62,775 nt of DNA, filler included, from Klebsormidium nitens (GCA_000708835.1; 7 parts of 7 records of this genome joined end to end with filler, not necessarily neighbours in it); one strand, 5' to 3'; shown: positions 25,944-38,144, numbered from the whole stretch's first letter. Numbers and translations are program-made. The notes: a model not told the origin generated them from the letters alone.

Positions 25944-27309
25944 ATGTCGGTCTCTGAGGTTGCTGTTACCTATGCTGCCCTTATCCTGCACGACGATGGG
26001 ATCCCTATCACGGTAAGCGTTGCTTGTCGGAAATCAAGCACAGTTCAGTCGGTGCTGAAGGCGTTTTAGTTGTACAAACTATCTCTGTGTGGCTCTCTTT
26101 TTGTCATTTGTGTCAGAGTCGCTCACGATGTGGTTCCAGCTTCCTCAAGAATAGCTCTGCAGATGGGTTCTCACACAGAGTAAGAAGGAAGTCTGGGCCG
26201 GTAACGATCAAAGTTGATGGTCTGCTTTCGCGGTCATCGGAAACGGGATTGACCCTTGAACCTTTATGACATGCTTGTCATTCGTCAACAACCACTGTCA
26301 ACAACCACTAAGGAGATCCCCTTTGGCTGATAACCATTACCATCATGTGGTTGCTGAAAGATGGACTTCTTGCGCAGGCTGACAAGCTGAGCACAATTGT
26401 TAAGGCTGCTGGCATCACTGTAGAGTCATACTGGCCTGGCCTCTTCGCAAAGCTCCTGGAGAAGAGGAGCGTTGAGGACCTGATCACCAACGCTGGCTCT
26501 GGTAAGTGCTGCTCCCTTTCATGTTTATGTGTCTCCGGGCCCTGCTGTACAGGCGAATGGTAATGACAATAACAACTGTGGATAAACCTACAAAGGCCGG
26601 GAAACGGGTCAAAAAAGTGGGAACATGCAAAGAGCGGGGGCGCCAGCCCCACTAGCGAAAAGCCACTGGCATTTAAGAGGTGGTCTGTTGGTTTGTCCAT
26701 GAGTGGAACAGGACCAAGATTTCAGACGGTCTGCCTCTGAGAAAACAGTGGGATTGGACGGTCTGCCTGTAAGAGAATCCAGTATTCACCTTTGGTAGCT
26801 GAAAGTGGTGCAGCTGCACCAGCCCCTGCGTGGCAATAAGATAGAGTCTGACATCAGTCGGAAAGTGTTATCTTTTCTTGTCGTGAGATCACAATCGTTG
26901 GCTGCATTGGTTGTTTCATATTAGTGTCTGCCTTTCTTTGTTTTGGAGGCCCGGAACACTTCATTTGTGCCCAGATCATTAGTCCTTCGGATCAGGAGGA
27001 GGACACAGCCGCAGACGCATGAAGTTCGGGCAGTGGGCAGAATCATCGAAAACTCTGCCCTGCTTGTTGGAGTGGCCTTCTGCTACTTGGGCTGTGGTCA
27101 GACTGTGCTTGCAGCTGGGTGCAATTCGACCAATTTGCTGAGACTGTTCTCTGTTCCGTTCAGGTGGCGGTGGTGGTGGCGCAGTTGCCACCGGCGGGGG
27201 TGGTGGCGCCGCTGCCGGTGGTGCCGCTGAGGAGAAGAAGGAAGAGAAGAAGGAGGAGAAGGAAGAGGAGGAAGAGGATGAGGACATGGGCTTCTCCCTT
27301 TTCGACTAG
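25944..27309 (+). CDS. RPP1: 60S acidic ribosomal protein P1, 3 exons (25944-26012, 26378-26501, 27164-27309)
   Basis: [51 protein letters not shown]. Confidence 0.97.
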
Positions 27310-28473
27310 GCCTGTTCGGAATAGTCAGAAAACTTCTGATACCTGTACAAGTATTTCACTAAAAAGTTCTTCCTACCATCATATGTCTGGCGTCCGTCCA
27401 GGCTGATCCACCATTTCAAGCTGCGCTTGGTTCTATCTTCGTACTTCACATGGCGGAATAGGATAACATGTTCATTGCAAGGCAGCTGTTGTCGACAGCT
27501 CCTTGATATCCTCATTGCAGTTACTGTCAGTAGAGCTGCCGCAGGCATGCTTCAATGCAGTAGACTTACGTCATTCAAAGCAGCAAGCTGTTCTGAGGAC
27601 ATCTAATGCGCGTCATTGAAGTAATCGTCACATTACTGACATACGTCGTGCGGGCGCACCCTATAACAAGTTGTGACGAGTCAGCGACAATCGTCACTTA
27701 TTGCAAAGGTTGCGTTAATGGTTGATGCCGCACCTCTGCAATCATTTGCCCTTGGTACTGCATGTCCGAATGCCTGTTCACGTTCTTAGACAAGCCTTTG
27801 AGCTAGGTAATAGGTCGATATTAGAAAAATAAAGCTGATTAAGAGAGCACGAGTTCATCGAATGAAAACTCTTAGCCTTATGGCATGGTCTTTCCACAAT
27901 TTTACTGTACCCACATGGCCACAGCCAGTGCTTTTCATGATGGCTTGCATGTATGATGGTGAAGGCAAGCGTTGAAAGTTTGAGAATGACCGTCCCTGAC
28001 TTCTGCGCAAAGCTCGTGGCCATACATCATGGCATACACCCGGTGTTACATGCGGACTCATTTTCACACGATCCGAGAGATCTACCTGAACTGATGAACA
28101 TGCTATTGAAATACCAATTAAGGGTCACATTGGAGAGCTCTGAGAATTACGTCGCGCCAAGCTTATATGAGATGCCTGATTCGAAATCTTCGGATAGGGC
28201 CCGGCAACAAACATAACTTTCGTTGACAGCAAGCTAGCTAGAACCTGCACCGTGCACCCTTCAAACCCTTTGACAGTTTCTGACCTGGTAATTTAGACGG
28301 AGCACCTTTGACGCCTGCAACACTGTGAAGTCACGCTTGACCAAAGTGCCAATACAATGAACGACCTATTGTTGACCACTACGTCGCTTCGAGCTCTGAC
28401 TGGATGCTTCTGTTCTCAGTATCGAGCTCGTTTTTGACGAGGACAGTCCCGTATATCTCCGAAACTACGCTGC

Positions 28474-30577
28474 TCATCCTTCGTTGTGCTTCATGATGTC
28501 ATAGAACTCCATCTCGCTGACTGCAAGAAGCACAACATGTAGCCCATGCATGAGAACAAAATAGTTAGTTTAACTCCCCAAATCGTCGATTGTGCCACCA
28601 AGTGCGAGGGAGATCCACCATGGAAAGTCTCGATCGTGCACACGATGCCAAATAACCAAGAACAGTACGGTTCAGCAAGTGGTGCAAATCAGGCGTCCAG
28701 TCGGAAGGACCAAATGAAGCTCACTTTCGCCGTCACCGTCCCGGTCAACTGCATGGTCAAGGTGGTGAATCTTAGCTCATCACAAGTACAATGGATCTTG
28801 TGAAGAGGAGCAACAGCTTATCCTACCAATAGATGGTCGCGTCTTCAGTCGCCTTTTCAGCACAAAGAATGGTCGAGCCATTCTTTGAACCAATCAAAGT
28901 TGATACCCTTGACAAGTCCACACAGCATTTCGATTCAAAGAAGTCATTCTGATTCAGCCAGCCAACTCTCAATCCAGTAGGCGCTTGCGAGCTGCGTCAT
29001 GCGGAAGTGTTCGAGTCGGACGATTGCTCACACTCGTCAATCATAGCGGATAGGTCTTCGTCCGAGATGTCTTCCCCAAAGTCTTTGGCGACCTTACGAA
29101 GGTTCTTGAGCTGCAGCAACAGTGCGAGTGTCAACATGCTCTGTGGTTGTTGTGGCAGCCGTCAAGCTGAACCGATGAGCACTGTGCGCTAGCACATAGT
29201 GCCCTTCAAGATACAGCCTCGATGCAATAAAGGGTGGATGATGTCAAGGACGTTGCTTTGCAAGCGAAGCAAAAGATTGTCGACCGAGGACGGGGGACTT
29301 GCCGAGATCCTGCCCGTTGAATCGTCGTCGAAGAGCCTGAAGGCTTTCGCCAACTCTTCCATCGGATCTCGTTCACTTATCTTTTGTGACACTGCGAAAG
29401 CAAAACATGTGTCGTCAGCTAACATCAGCTGAACGTCCGGATCCATTGGTTAGTTGCTCAATTGCTTTCATATCGTTACTTTGGTCCTGATCATGCTTGA
29501 AGGGCTTCTTCTTGCAATCCAGTAGGGACTCAGGCCCGCTACTCACTTATTTCCATGAACTCTTGTAGCTCCAGTCCGCCGCCCTCATCTTTGCCATATT
29601 CGGCCATAAGCCCCTTGACCTCGGCCTTGCTCACTGCAAAGCCAAGAGCTCTCATGGCTACCTGCATGAAACATTCACACGTTTAAAGGGACTTACCCTG
29701 TACTCGGTACGTGATGCCTCAGCCCACTACTTGCATTGAAAGCAGGCGTGCAATCCATGCAGGCGAACAGGCAACAAGTCAAGCCTTACTTGCAAGAAGC
29801 TGGTGAGTGGACGTTGCAAAAAGAGCGACCGACTTACCTTGACTTCCCGATACTCAATCTGCACATACCAAATGGAAAAAGCTTCTGATTTGCTCAGCAA
29901 CCAGCCCAAGACGACAGCTTCAAAGTCCATGGCGACGATTCCAGCATTCCTGGATCTTACATTCGAAAATTCTCTCTGACCAAACGATGAGAGGGACTAA
30001 GATGGGGGTGAAGAGACTGATGGGTTCCCAGTTCTTAAGCATTGCTTCCTGTCCATCATACAATGCTGTCAAAGGAAAATGTGACAAAGTCCGGCACTGG
30101 TTTGGCACAAGCCCAACAGTGACAACAGCCTTTTCCAATCAGTCAATCAGAAAGTAGGTCTCCTCCGCAGAGAGTATTGGTGGCGATGTTTTGATGCAAG
30201 CTGCATTAGCTTCACAGGTTGATGCATGGTGGCGTGATTCAATCAGTACCGGACGAACCCATCAGCAAAGAAAAGCAGCAGATGGCCTCCTGACAAGAAG
30301 CATCCAACTTCAGTCGACCACACAAATACAATGCAATGCAACTTTTTACCTTGCCAGCCTTGTTGCTGTCGAATAGGTCAAACGCCTCCCGAATTTCCTG
30401 TTTTTCATCTTCGGTAATCTCCTTCTTGGCTCGCCGGCCCCCTCGCGAGAGAGTCCCCGACACATGGGCAAGACCAGTCATGGGCGCACTTTGACTTGAG
30501 AAGCCTGATATGGAGGGTGCGGAGCTTGTAATCCGCGGGTGCGGCTGCGTGTAGGGCAACGAGCTCCGCCGCTGCAT
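28474..30577 (-). CDS. Centrin (EF-hand protein), multi-exon
   Basis: [54 protein letters not shown] and FDRDGDGEISEMEFYDIMK, joined by GT-AG introns. Confidence 0.92.
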
Positions 30578-32190
30578 GGTGACCTAGTGTTGGCTGTCTT
30601 GCACCCGCTATCACAAATGCAATCACCGGTTGCATTCGTCAAAGCAGCCAAATGAAGAAAGCTGCTGCTCAGCGCTTTAACGAGCTCGGACAATTGCCGT
30701 AATCGGGCACAGCGGTTGTCAGCAAAGCTGATGTCGACGCGCAACTCTAAAGGTTGGATCAAACGCTCGATATTCACGTCATGCTTGAAGGTTAGCTCAG
30801 GGGTTGCCTTGAGTGTTGTGCCTGATAAGATAATCTGCAGCAATGCAAACCCTAATGGCCGAATGTCCGTGTAAAGCGCAAAGCTTTCCAACGTGAGCTG
30901 GGCGGCAGCACAGCCCCTGAAGTTGAGTCCCTGTTGATGGCGGAAATTCTATGGATCTACGGCAGTAGTGAACACGTAGTGAATTCAACCAGAAATGGGA
31001 CGAGCTGCCACAGTCCAAACTCGGACTTCGAGTGCAACCAGATGTGCAGGGGTGAAGCTGGTGGGTGGTATGGGTTATCCAGCTAGGTCTAAGTGTAGCC
31101 CGTTAAGCTTATGCCAATAACTCAGAATCTAGACACACTTCCCTACAGGTTGAGGGTTTTTAAGAGCTTGCCACTGTTCTATGGCCAGCTCACTTTTGTT
31201 GAGGGCCCATGGCAGCTGTAGCAGCTAGGCTCATGCTTCTAGCTAGCTAGCTGCTGCAGAATCTGCACCCTTTGGTGGCCTGTGCGCCTGATGAAGCGCT
31301 TTGCAACGGACCTTTCCAACACAGATTTTAATATGAAGTGGCTTGGGTAGATCGTAGGTAGAGTACGCAGGTACCTACCGTATACCGGTACACCTGTAGT
31401 GATGAGACGCTCGGATTGTCGAGCTGAGAAGCCACCAAATCGACGCCTACCAGCGGCACTATGGAGTCTGGACCCTGCATGGTACCTACAGTACCGTTCG
31501 CAGTACCGGGGTCCGGTACTACCGTATGTACAAACAAACCGTATGTAAAAGCAGTGGGTACACGCCCACACGCCCACACGCCCACAGGCAAGACTGCCTT
31601 ACGGTACGGTTACCTTTTGCAACTGCCCAGCCTCGCCTCGGACTCGTCGGAGCGCGCAGGTTTCAAAAACGCCGATCCTCACCATCCGAGTGAACTTCAA
31701 CGGACTTTGGACGGCTCACATTACTTCTGCATCTGACACCAACGTAATGATCACGTGCCTCGGACCAGTTCAATCATGTGTACCCATGATGGACTCGGAG
31801 TCAACAACTTCAAGTTCAGTGCAATGCATGCTCGAGATTATTGGTGTGGTATAGTGGCGGCATTTTCCCGGATTTTTTCCTACCATTCGTAACGCCAGTC
31901 GGCCATACATATAACATGCTGGATCACGTCGCAACATAGCGTTTCACTTAGGGTGAACACAAAACAGCGTCCTGACATGCATTTTCTGACAGGTACGTAC
32001 CGGAGATGGTATGTACTTCATCGCGCGACAAAAGGCTATTGGTATGTACCGCGGTATTAATGCGTTTCAGTGCCACGTGTTCAGCTAGCTNNNNNNNNNN
32101 NNNNNNNNNNNNNNNNNNNNNNNNNNNNNNNNNNTTAATTAATTAANNNNNNNNNNNNNNNNNNNNNNNNNNNNNNNNNNNNNNNNNNNN

Positions 32191-34260
32191 GGGCCACTTA
32201 TAGTCACGGTACTTAAGTGTGCACCCGTTTACATTGGTATTGCGAGGAAGCGATCCTTCCCCTTTCCCCTCTCTTCAAGTCTTCACTCACCTAAACCCTA
32301 AGTGTTGAGCTCCCTCTCGCACTATTAGCAGTCAAGGTGGCAGTCCTGCGCAGCCATGACGGAGCCACAGGCTGTGAACCCCGCGATGATGCTCACGGAG
32401 CTGGCGGGCCTTGTACATGGGCTGCAGGACGAGGTGCGACGCTTGGCAGAGGTGCAAGCAGCGACCGCGGCAGCTGTGCGCGAGGCCCCGCCGGTACCCC
32501 CTGTGGTACACGCTGAACCGGAACCGGTTGTGAACCGGGAGGTAACGGGGAAGCTTAAGCTTCCCCAACCCAAAACCTTTAATGGTTCCTCCACTGTGGG
32601 TGCAGTGGAGAACTTCTTGTTCGATTGCATGAGGTATTTCCGTGGCATGCACGTTTCAGCAGATGCTCATGTCGATTATGCAGTAGGTCTTCTTGAGGGG
32701 GGTGCGAAAACTTGGTGGCGCTTCATATGCATGCGTCTTGAGGGCACTCCCGAGGAGGAATTGTTGCAGGATTGGACGTATTTTCACGATGAGCTTATTG
32801 CGCGTTTCCGGGCTATTAATGCCACCCGCCATGCGAGAGACAAGATGGCAAGCCTGAGACAGGATGGCAGTGTCAGGATTTACGCTCAAAAATTCCAGGA
32901 ATTATCCATGCAGATCCCCAACATGCACGACGAGGAGCTACTTGACCGCTTCACCCGGGGGCTCAAGCCGCGCACGCGCATGGAAGTTACGGTTACCATG
33001 CGCGACCCACGCACCTTCGAGGAAACGGTCAAGCTCGCTGATCGCATGGATTCTCTCTACACCCCTGGGTTTGGTTTGGACCGGCAGCCCAAAGGGCGGT
33101 TCGCCTCAGCAGCTAACCCGACCCCAATTCCCTTCCGGCCTGCTGTCCCTGCTTCTGACCCCAGGTGTCCCTATGGAGATTGATGCATTGAGGCGTAGGC
33201 TGCCCCCGTTAACCGACTCCGAAAGGGATCGGTTACGGAAGATTGGTGGTTGCTTCAGATGCAGGCAAACCGGGCACATTGCAACTAACTGCCCAATTAG
33301 TACCTCTGCAGGACGCCCTAGTGTCAACAACGTTGATCACCGGGCGCCACCCACCGAGCACCCCGACCTCATCGACCTAAACTCCGAGCCTCGCTGCTCG
33401 GAAAACTTCACGCCCCAGTAGACGATCCCGAGACGTCCGCTGGTGGCACTGACAGGGACCGTCGGTCCCTTCCCAGGAACCGCAAGGCTAAATCACCACC
33501 CACGGGCCCTACCGGGCCCAAATCTTCTCGCTTGATTTTCTTGCGTGGTCAAGTCCTAGGTCGTGCATGCAGGGTTTTGATTGATTCCGGTTGCTCTGAC
33601 ATTGTGATGTCATCTGAGTTTGCGCGTGGTTTGAACATCGGTTTACGGTCTGACGATAGCTTGGACCCCTTAACTCTAGCCAACGGTTCACAGCAACCGG
33701 TCAAATGGACTACTCAAGCCGTGCCATTTTCGGTCGGTTCTGAGTATTCCGAGGACCTACATTTCACCGTTACAGACGTAACATATGACATCATTTTGGG
33801 TCTTCCGTGGCTAGAGTCGGGTAACAAGTCTGTCGATTGGTTAAGGCGTACCATTTTCTTCGTACATGCAAGCAGGGTTGTAACGCTGGAGGCCGGTAAA
33901 CCCTGCAAGCGCGCATTGCGCAAGGAATTTGGTGATCGCCTGCTTAACTCTGTGGAGATTAACAAACTTTTAAAAAAACAATCACCGGTCTTTCAAGTTG
34001 TTCCCAACGTTACACCTGACACTGCTTCCACGCATGCACCGGAATACGAACGTTGCGAAAAACTTAAGGCTGAATTTCCGGACCTTTTTCCTCAGGATCT
34101 ACCGGGCACTCTCCCTCCTGACCGGGGTATGCCATTCCACATTGAAACTCTACCGGGCGCTACCCCGGTCAACCGCCCCATCTACCGGTTGTCCCCCTCA
34201 GAGTTGGAAGAGTTGCGGCGCACTCTGGATGACCTTTTGGCGAAGGGGTTCATCCGCCTG
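32191..34260 (+). mobile_element. Ty3/Gypsy (chromovirus-like) gag-protease-RT start, frameshifted and truncated
   Basis: Gag 32356-33421 (PKTFNG, AKTWW, RFTRGLKP, VPMEID, CFRCRQTGHIATNC), protease LIDSGC, and RT start (YRLSPSELEEL). Confidence 0.92.
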
Positions 34261-34565
34261 TGACGTTTGCCCTAAAGCCTCAGCTATAAAGCGGCAATAC
34301 GATCAGAGAACGAAGCGGAAACTCTGTCGCCTATGCAGCAGCCATGGAAAACCTGGAAGCGCCCTCTTGCAGAAACCAGAGTTCTGTGTTATATGCTGAG
34401 TTTCGCTTCCCTTCCCCTTTTGGTGCCAGCCCGCAGACCGGACTTACCCTGGCTGGGTACTCGACNNNNNNNNNNNNNNNNNNNNNNNNNNNNNNNNNNN
34501 NNNNNNNNNTTAATTAATTAANNNNNNNNNNNNNNNNNNNNNNNNNNNNNNNNNNNNNNNNNNNN

Positions 34566-35426
34566 CAATTTTGAGAGTTCTGCCAACAAGAGCACCCTGC
34601 CGTGTGGCGGTTCCAAACTTGGGCTCGAGCAATCTTGCTCGAAGCTTGGACTTTCCACACGCCCCGGCATGGGCGCATCAATGCTTGCTCCCAAAACCTC
34701 GCCACCCTCCTCCTCATCAATTGTTGCCGCACCGGTACTATGACGTGCATGATTGTTGACCAATTCTGCAAGCCAAATGGGCATAACTTGGCACGCTTCA
34801 TAGCTGGGAGGTCCATTTATCCACTCATATGTTGCAAGCTCGCCGTGAGCATTCAAGTAGCTTGTTGGTGGAGCGAACACGACACCACCGATTCCTCTTC
34901 CATCAACGCCAAAAGTCTCGTTGTCGACCTTGAGACCTTGAAAATCTCGTCTCCACGTGAGACCTGGAGAGTCGAGCTTGAAGCACAAGTGCAATCCACC
35001 AGAGCCGGTCCTTGCTTTCAGTGTCTCCGGCTCCCCGTGGATCTCAACAAGTTGCTGCCAGAGCTCGGTCCCTGGTCGCTTGCCCCCTTTTGCAGCTACA
35101 TCAATGTCGATCACATACACTCGACTGACTCCTGCAAGTATCGCAAGCCCGTTTGCATCTGGCTTCTCTTTCATTGCTTGATTGATGGATTGCCCCCATG
35201 CCTCTGTATCTTTGATGTGTGCATACTTGTCAGGAAAGTCAGCTTGCTTCGAGCCTCTATTCCGATCCCAAGAGACGGACACTGGAAGTGTGTATAAGCC
35301 GTTGTTACAGAGTCGTTGTATCTCGTTCCTGATGCTGACGGGTCCTAGGGCCTTGGGGTCTCTGGCTGTCTGAGCCTTCCCCTAGGATCGAGAGGCGTTT
35401 GCCCGTTCAACATCCGACGTAGCCAT
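34566..35426 (-). pseudogene. Prim-Pol (bifunctional DNA primase/polymerase) domain gene; 3' end lost in a gap
   Basis: NGLAILAG..VYVIDID, RTGSGGLHL and GVDGRGIGGVVFAPPT motifs. The ATG at 35426 is followed by an in-frame TAG at 35382-35384, after which the frame is open to the gap. Confidence 0.85.
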
Positions 35427-35529
35427 TCCTTTCTATACTCCAGTGAGGAAAGAATATGAGACGATTGAAACGCGCTCTCTTGACATCTGCGTTTTTGTAC
35501 CACTTTTTTTCGAAGCTTCATTGTAGGGC

Positions 35530-35871
35530 GTGATTATGGTCCAAAACACGATTTCTTCAAGTGACACCGAGCTCTATCCATGCCATTGCCGCGTTTGTGA
35601 GACGAGTCGTGATTACCAAAAGGAACACCATGCGGAACATGCGCAGACCGTTCGAAGATATTATGGCCGCAACCGGGAGAACATTTTCATGCAAAAAGCA
35701 TACAAACGCTTGCTTGCTGGGACCACAAGAAAGCTCCACAAGGCCACAATTCAGCGCTTGATAGACGCCGGGTATGATGTGTCCCGGACGGCCGCCCCCT
35801 TGGAAACGGAAGGCGAGTCCAAAGCCCCCACCGTGTCTTTGAGTGCGTTCACAAGCATCGAAGTCTCCTGA
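35530..35871 (+). CDS. Small basic hypothetical protein (CxCxxC, then YYGRNRENI)
   Basis: 113-aa ORF filling the space between Prim-Pol and the recombinase, converging on the latter with a 40-bp gap. Confidence 0.5.
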   Translation: MIMVQNTISSSDTELYPCHCRVCETSRDYQKEHHAEHAQTVRRYYGRNRENIFMQKAYKRLLAGTTRKLHKATIQRLIDAGYDVSRTAAPLETEGESKAPTVSLSAFTSIEVS

Positions 35872-35911
35872 ATGAGGGGTAAGTGGCAAGGTGGTCGAGG
35901 AGCCAGAGCGT

Positions 35912-36964
35912 CTAGAATTGGATTCGAGATCCATCGGGTCTGTACTTGAGTTCGTAATGGCGCATTGCTACTGGAGCCGTGTGCAACATCGATCTGGCAA
36001 GCTGGTCTCTGTCCTGAAGGGATGGCGCATCCTTCATCGCATTGCTGACAGTGATCTTTCGAAGGAGGCACGATCCCAAATTTGGAATGGGGTAAATTGC
36101 CGCCAGAAACTTGGTCAAGTAGCCGGACCCCATTGGAGCGTCCGGTGTCCTCATTCGACTGAGCAGGTACTTTCGCAGAAAAATATCAAGACTTTCCGCA
36201 ATCACGTTGCAAAGCCGGACCGGTATATTAAGAACCTGCCGTCCATGCGTTTTGTCGGTTTTGTAGGAGTTCAGGTGGAGCCTATAACTGCCCTTTGCAT
36301 ACTGTAGAAGGTAGTTGCGAGATCCCGCCATCAGTTCACGCGCGGCAGTGCTCCCAACCTCTTCGAAGCGCACAATCGGAAGATCGCTCCAGTCGTTCCG
36401 AATCGCCGGCATCTGAAGGTACAGAGACAACACCAAATAGCGACACAGAGTCACTTTGTCCCCAACCGTGACCTCTTCTGGCTTTTTTGGCGCAATGGAC
36501 CGATTGACCCTCCGTTGAAGCTCAATGCGGCGTTGATTGATCTCGTCCAAGGACTTCCAGTTTTTGGCCTCACGCTCTGACATGTGCTGGGGTGGTCGAG
36601 CTTCTTCCATGGCCTTTCTAACGGCACAGTATCGTTTGAAAAGTGCCTCGTAGGTCTGTTGATCACTGGGCCATAGTTTCCGAGCAATAACAAGGAGAGG
36701 GCTGATGCTCGTTGCTTGGGTCGGTAGTTTGTCTGAAAACACGTTATCCAGATACTCTATGATCTTGGTCGTATCTCGGACCCACTCAAGTGACTCGAAG
36801 TCCTCTCTTGGAGCATGCATGCTCTTGAAGAGGCGCATGACTCGAGCACAGTACTGCTCGACCGTGTGCGGCTTTCGTGTCGAGTCATCAAAGATTTCGT
36901 GAAGCAGCCGTTCTGCTGTCGACAAAGTTGCTATAACCTTTGTGTTTGCATCCGAAGCTGCCAT
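35912..36964 (-). CDS. Tyrosine recombinase, Polinton-like-virus/virophage (OLV11-like) type
   Basis: Intact, intronless 350-aa ORF with catalytic residues in order: PAIRND (R), YKTDKTHG (K), LLRK (R), MLH (H) and RHY (Y). Confidence 0.88.
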   Translation of the reverse strand: MAASDANTKVIATLSTAERLLHEIFDDSTRKPHTVEQYCARVMRLFKSMHAPREDFESLEWVRDTTKIIEYLDNVFSDKLPTQATSISPLLVIARKLWPSDQQTYEALFKRYCAVRKAMEEARPPQHMSEREAKNWKSLDEINQRRIELQRRVNRSIAPKKPEEVTVGDKVTLCRYLVLSLYLQMPAIRNDWSDLPIVRFEEVGSTAARELMAGSRNYLLQYAKGSYRLHLNSYKTDKTHGRQVLNIPVRLCNVIAESLDIFLRKYLLSRMRTPDAPMGSGYLTKFLAAIYPIPNLGSCLLRKITVSNAMKDAPSLQDRDQLARSMLHTAPVAMRHYELKYRPDGSRIQF

Positions 36965-37225
36965 GCCTCTGGTATCAGGATACCGAGAAATTAAAGATGA
37001 ACGGCATGTGGCCGCAGAATGCTCAGATACCGAATATCCGTGTTCATCTTTGTATTCACCGTTTTGGCGGCACCTAAAAGCTTTTCATGGTTATCTTCCG
37101 CGCAAAAGCTTCTAAAAGCCGATATGGGGGCTTTGACGCCCCTCTTTTATCGGCCGATATATGACTATTGCCAGATACACGAATATGGATGTACAGAATT
37201 TCTAAAACGGGACCATTTCAGCAAT

Positions 37226-37783
37226 TCAGTATCTGGGAGACACATTGTGTGGGGATTCGGTGGCATGGCGAAGTTTGTTGGGATTTGCAAGCGCCTCTAA
37301 TTCCAAGATTGGTGCCTCGCTCCACACCATGCTACGGGCATATTGGGCACTCGATGGAGAACGGGCTCGGATGTCTGTGCAAGCGGTTGGAAGATCCGAC
37401 TCTCGCTCATACGACATGTTCTTCAATCGGGATTCTCTTGAACGTAGCTTCTTTGCTTGACGTTGAGCGCGAGACGCGTTCTTGAGGGCAACCCGCGAAC
37501 TGACCTTAACAGCAAATGGGCCATGGATGCCGCTTCGATCCCAATATGAGTGAAATCCTTCAGCATTCAGAGATCGCACGAGCGCTCTGGTAATATGACG
37601 CAAGTTGACTGGTTCTGCAAGAGCGCGGATTCCTGCAAGGGCTGCTGGATCAAGAATGGTTTCAAGCATCCCAAACTCTCTGTAAGATCTCACTATTGCG
37701 GTCTTTCCACTCTCAAAAACAGCTCGATCCATCCGCTCGATTGCAAAAGTGGTTGGAGGACGATAGCCCAAAATTGCGTCCAT
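37226..37783 (-). CDS. ORF-X, conserved hypothetical protein (copy 1)
   Basis: 185-aa ORF. A diverged paralogue at 54940-55475 supports that it is coding. Confidence 0.75.
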   Translation of the reverse strand: MDAILGYRPPTTFAIERMDRAVFESGKTAIVRSYREFGMLETILDPAALAGIRALAEPVNLRHITRALVRSLNAEGFHSYWDRSGIHGPFAVKVSSRVALKNASRAQRQAKKLRSRESRLKNMSYERESDLPTACTDIRARSPSSAQYARSMVWSEAPILELEALANPNKLRHATESPHNVSPRY

Positions 37784-37848
37784 TCAAGTCAAGGATTCTA
37801 CGGTGCACCAAGAAAAAAGGAATACACCGTTTCCATAAGGTCACCTTA

Positions 37849-38144
37849 CACTTAACCATACCACCTAATATGAGTTGAATACTGTAACTCACGGAGCGAG
37901 TCGACAGGAGGACATGACGGACATGAGATGCTCGTGTCCAAGTCCGGGTCCCACTTGACCATACCATCTAATCTGAGTGGAATATTGTAATTCATGGAGC
38001 GAGTCGACAGGAGGACCGGACGGACAGGAAATGCTCGTGTCCAAGTCCGGCTTGCACTTGACTGGACCACCGAGATTGTTTGAACATTGTGAATCTTTAT
38101 TAAACGAATTGGAGGACATGATGGACAAAAGATACATGTGTCCA
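37849..38144. repeat. 103-bp tandem repeat (2.1 copies) plus a partial third core
   Basis: Units start at 37849, 37952 and 38055. The core recurs at 38111-38144. Confidence 0.9.

Noticed and set aside
31250-32090. GTAC/ACCGTA-rich tract with (CACGCCCA)x3
   Set aside because: It may be a transposon end, but no TIR or target-site duplication could be defined and it runs into a gap.
37849-38063. Possible CRISPR-like array
   Set aside because: These are whole-unit tandem repeats with no unique spacers, no cas genes, and a eukaryotic context.
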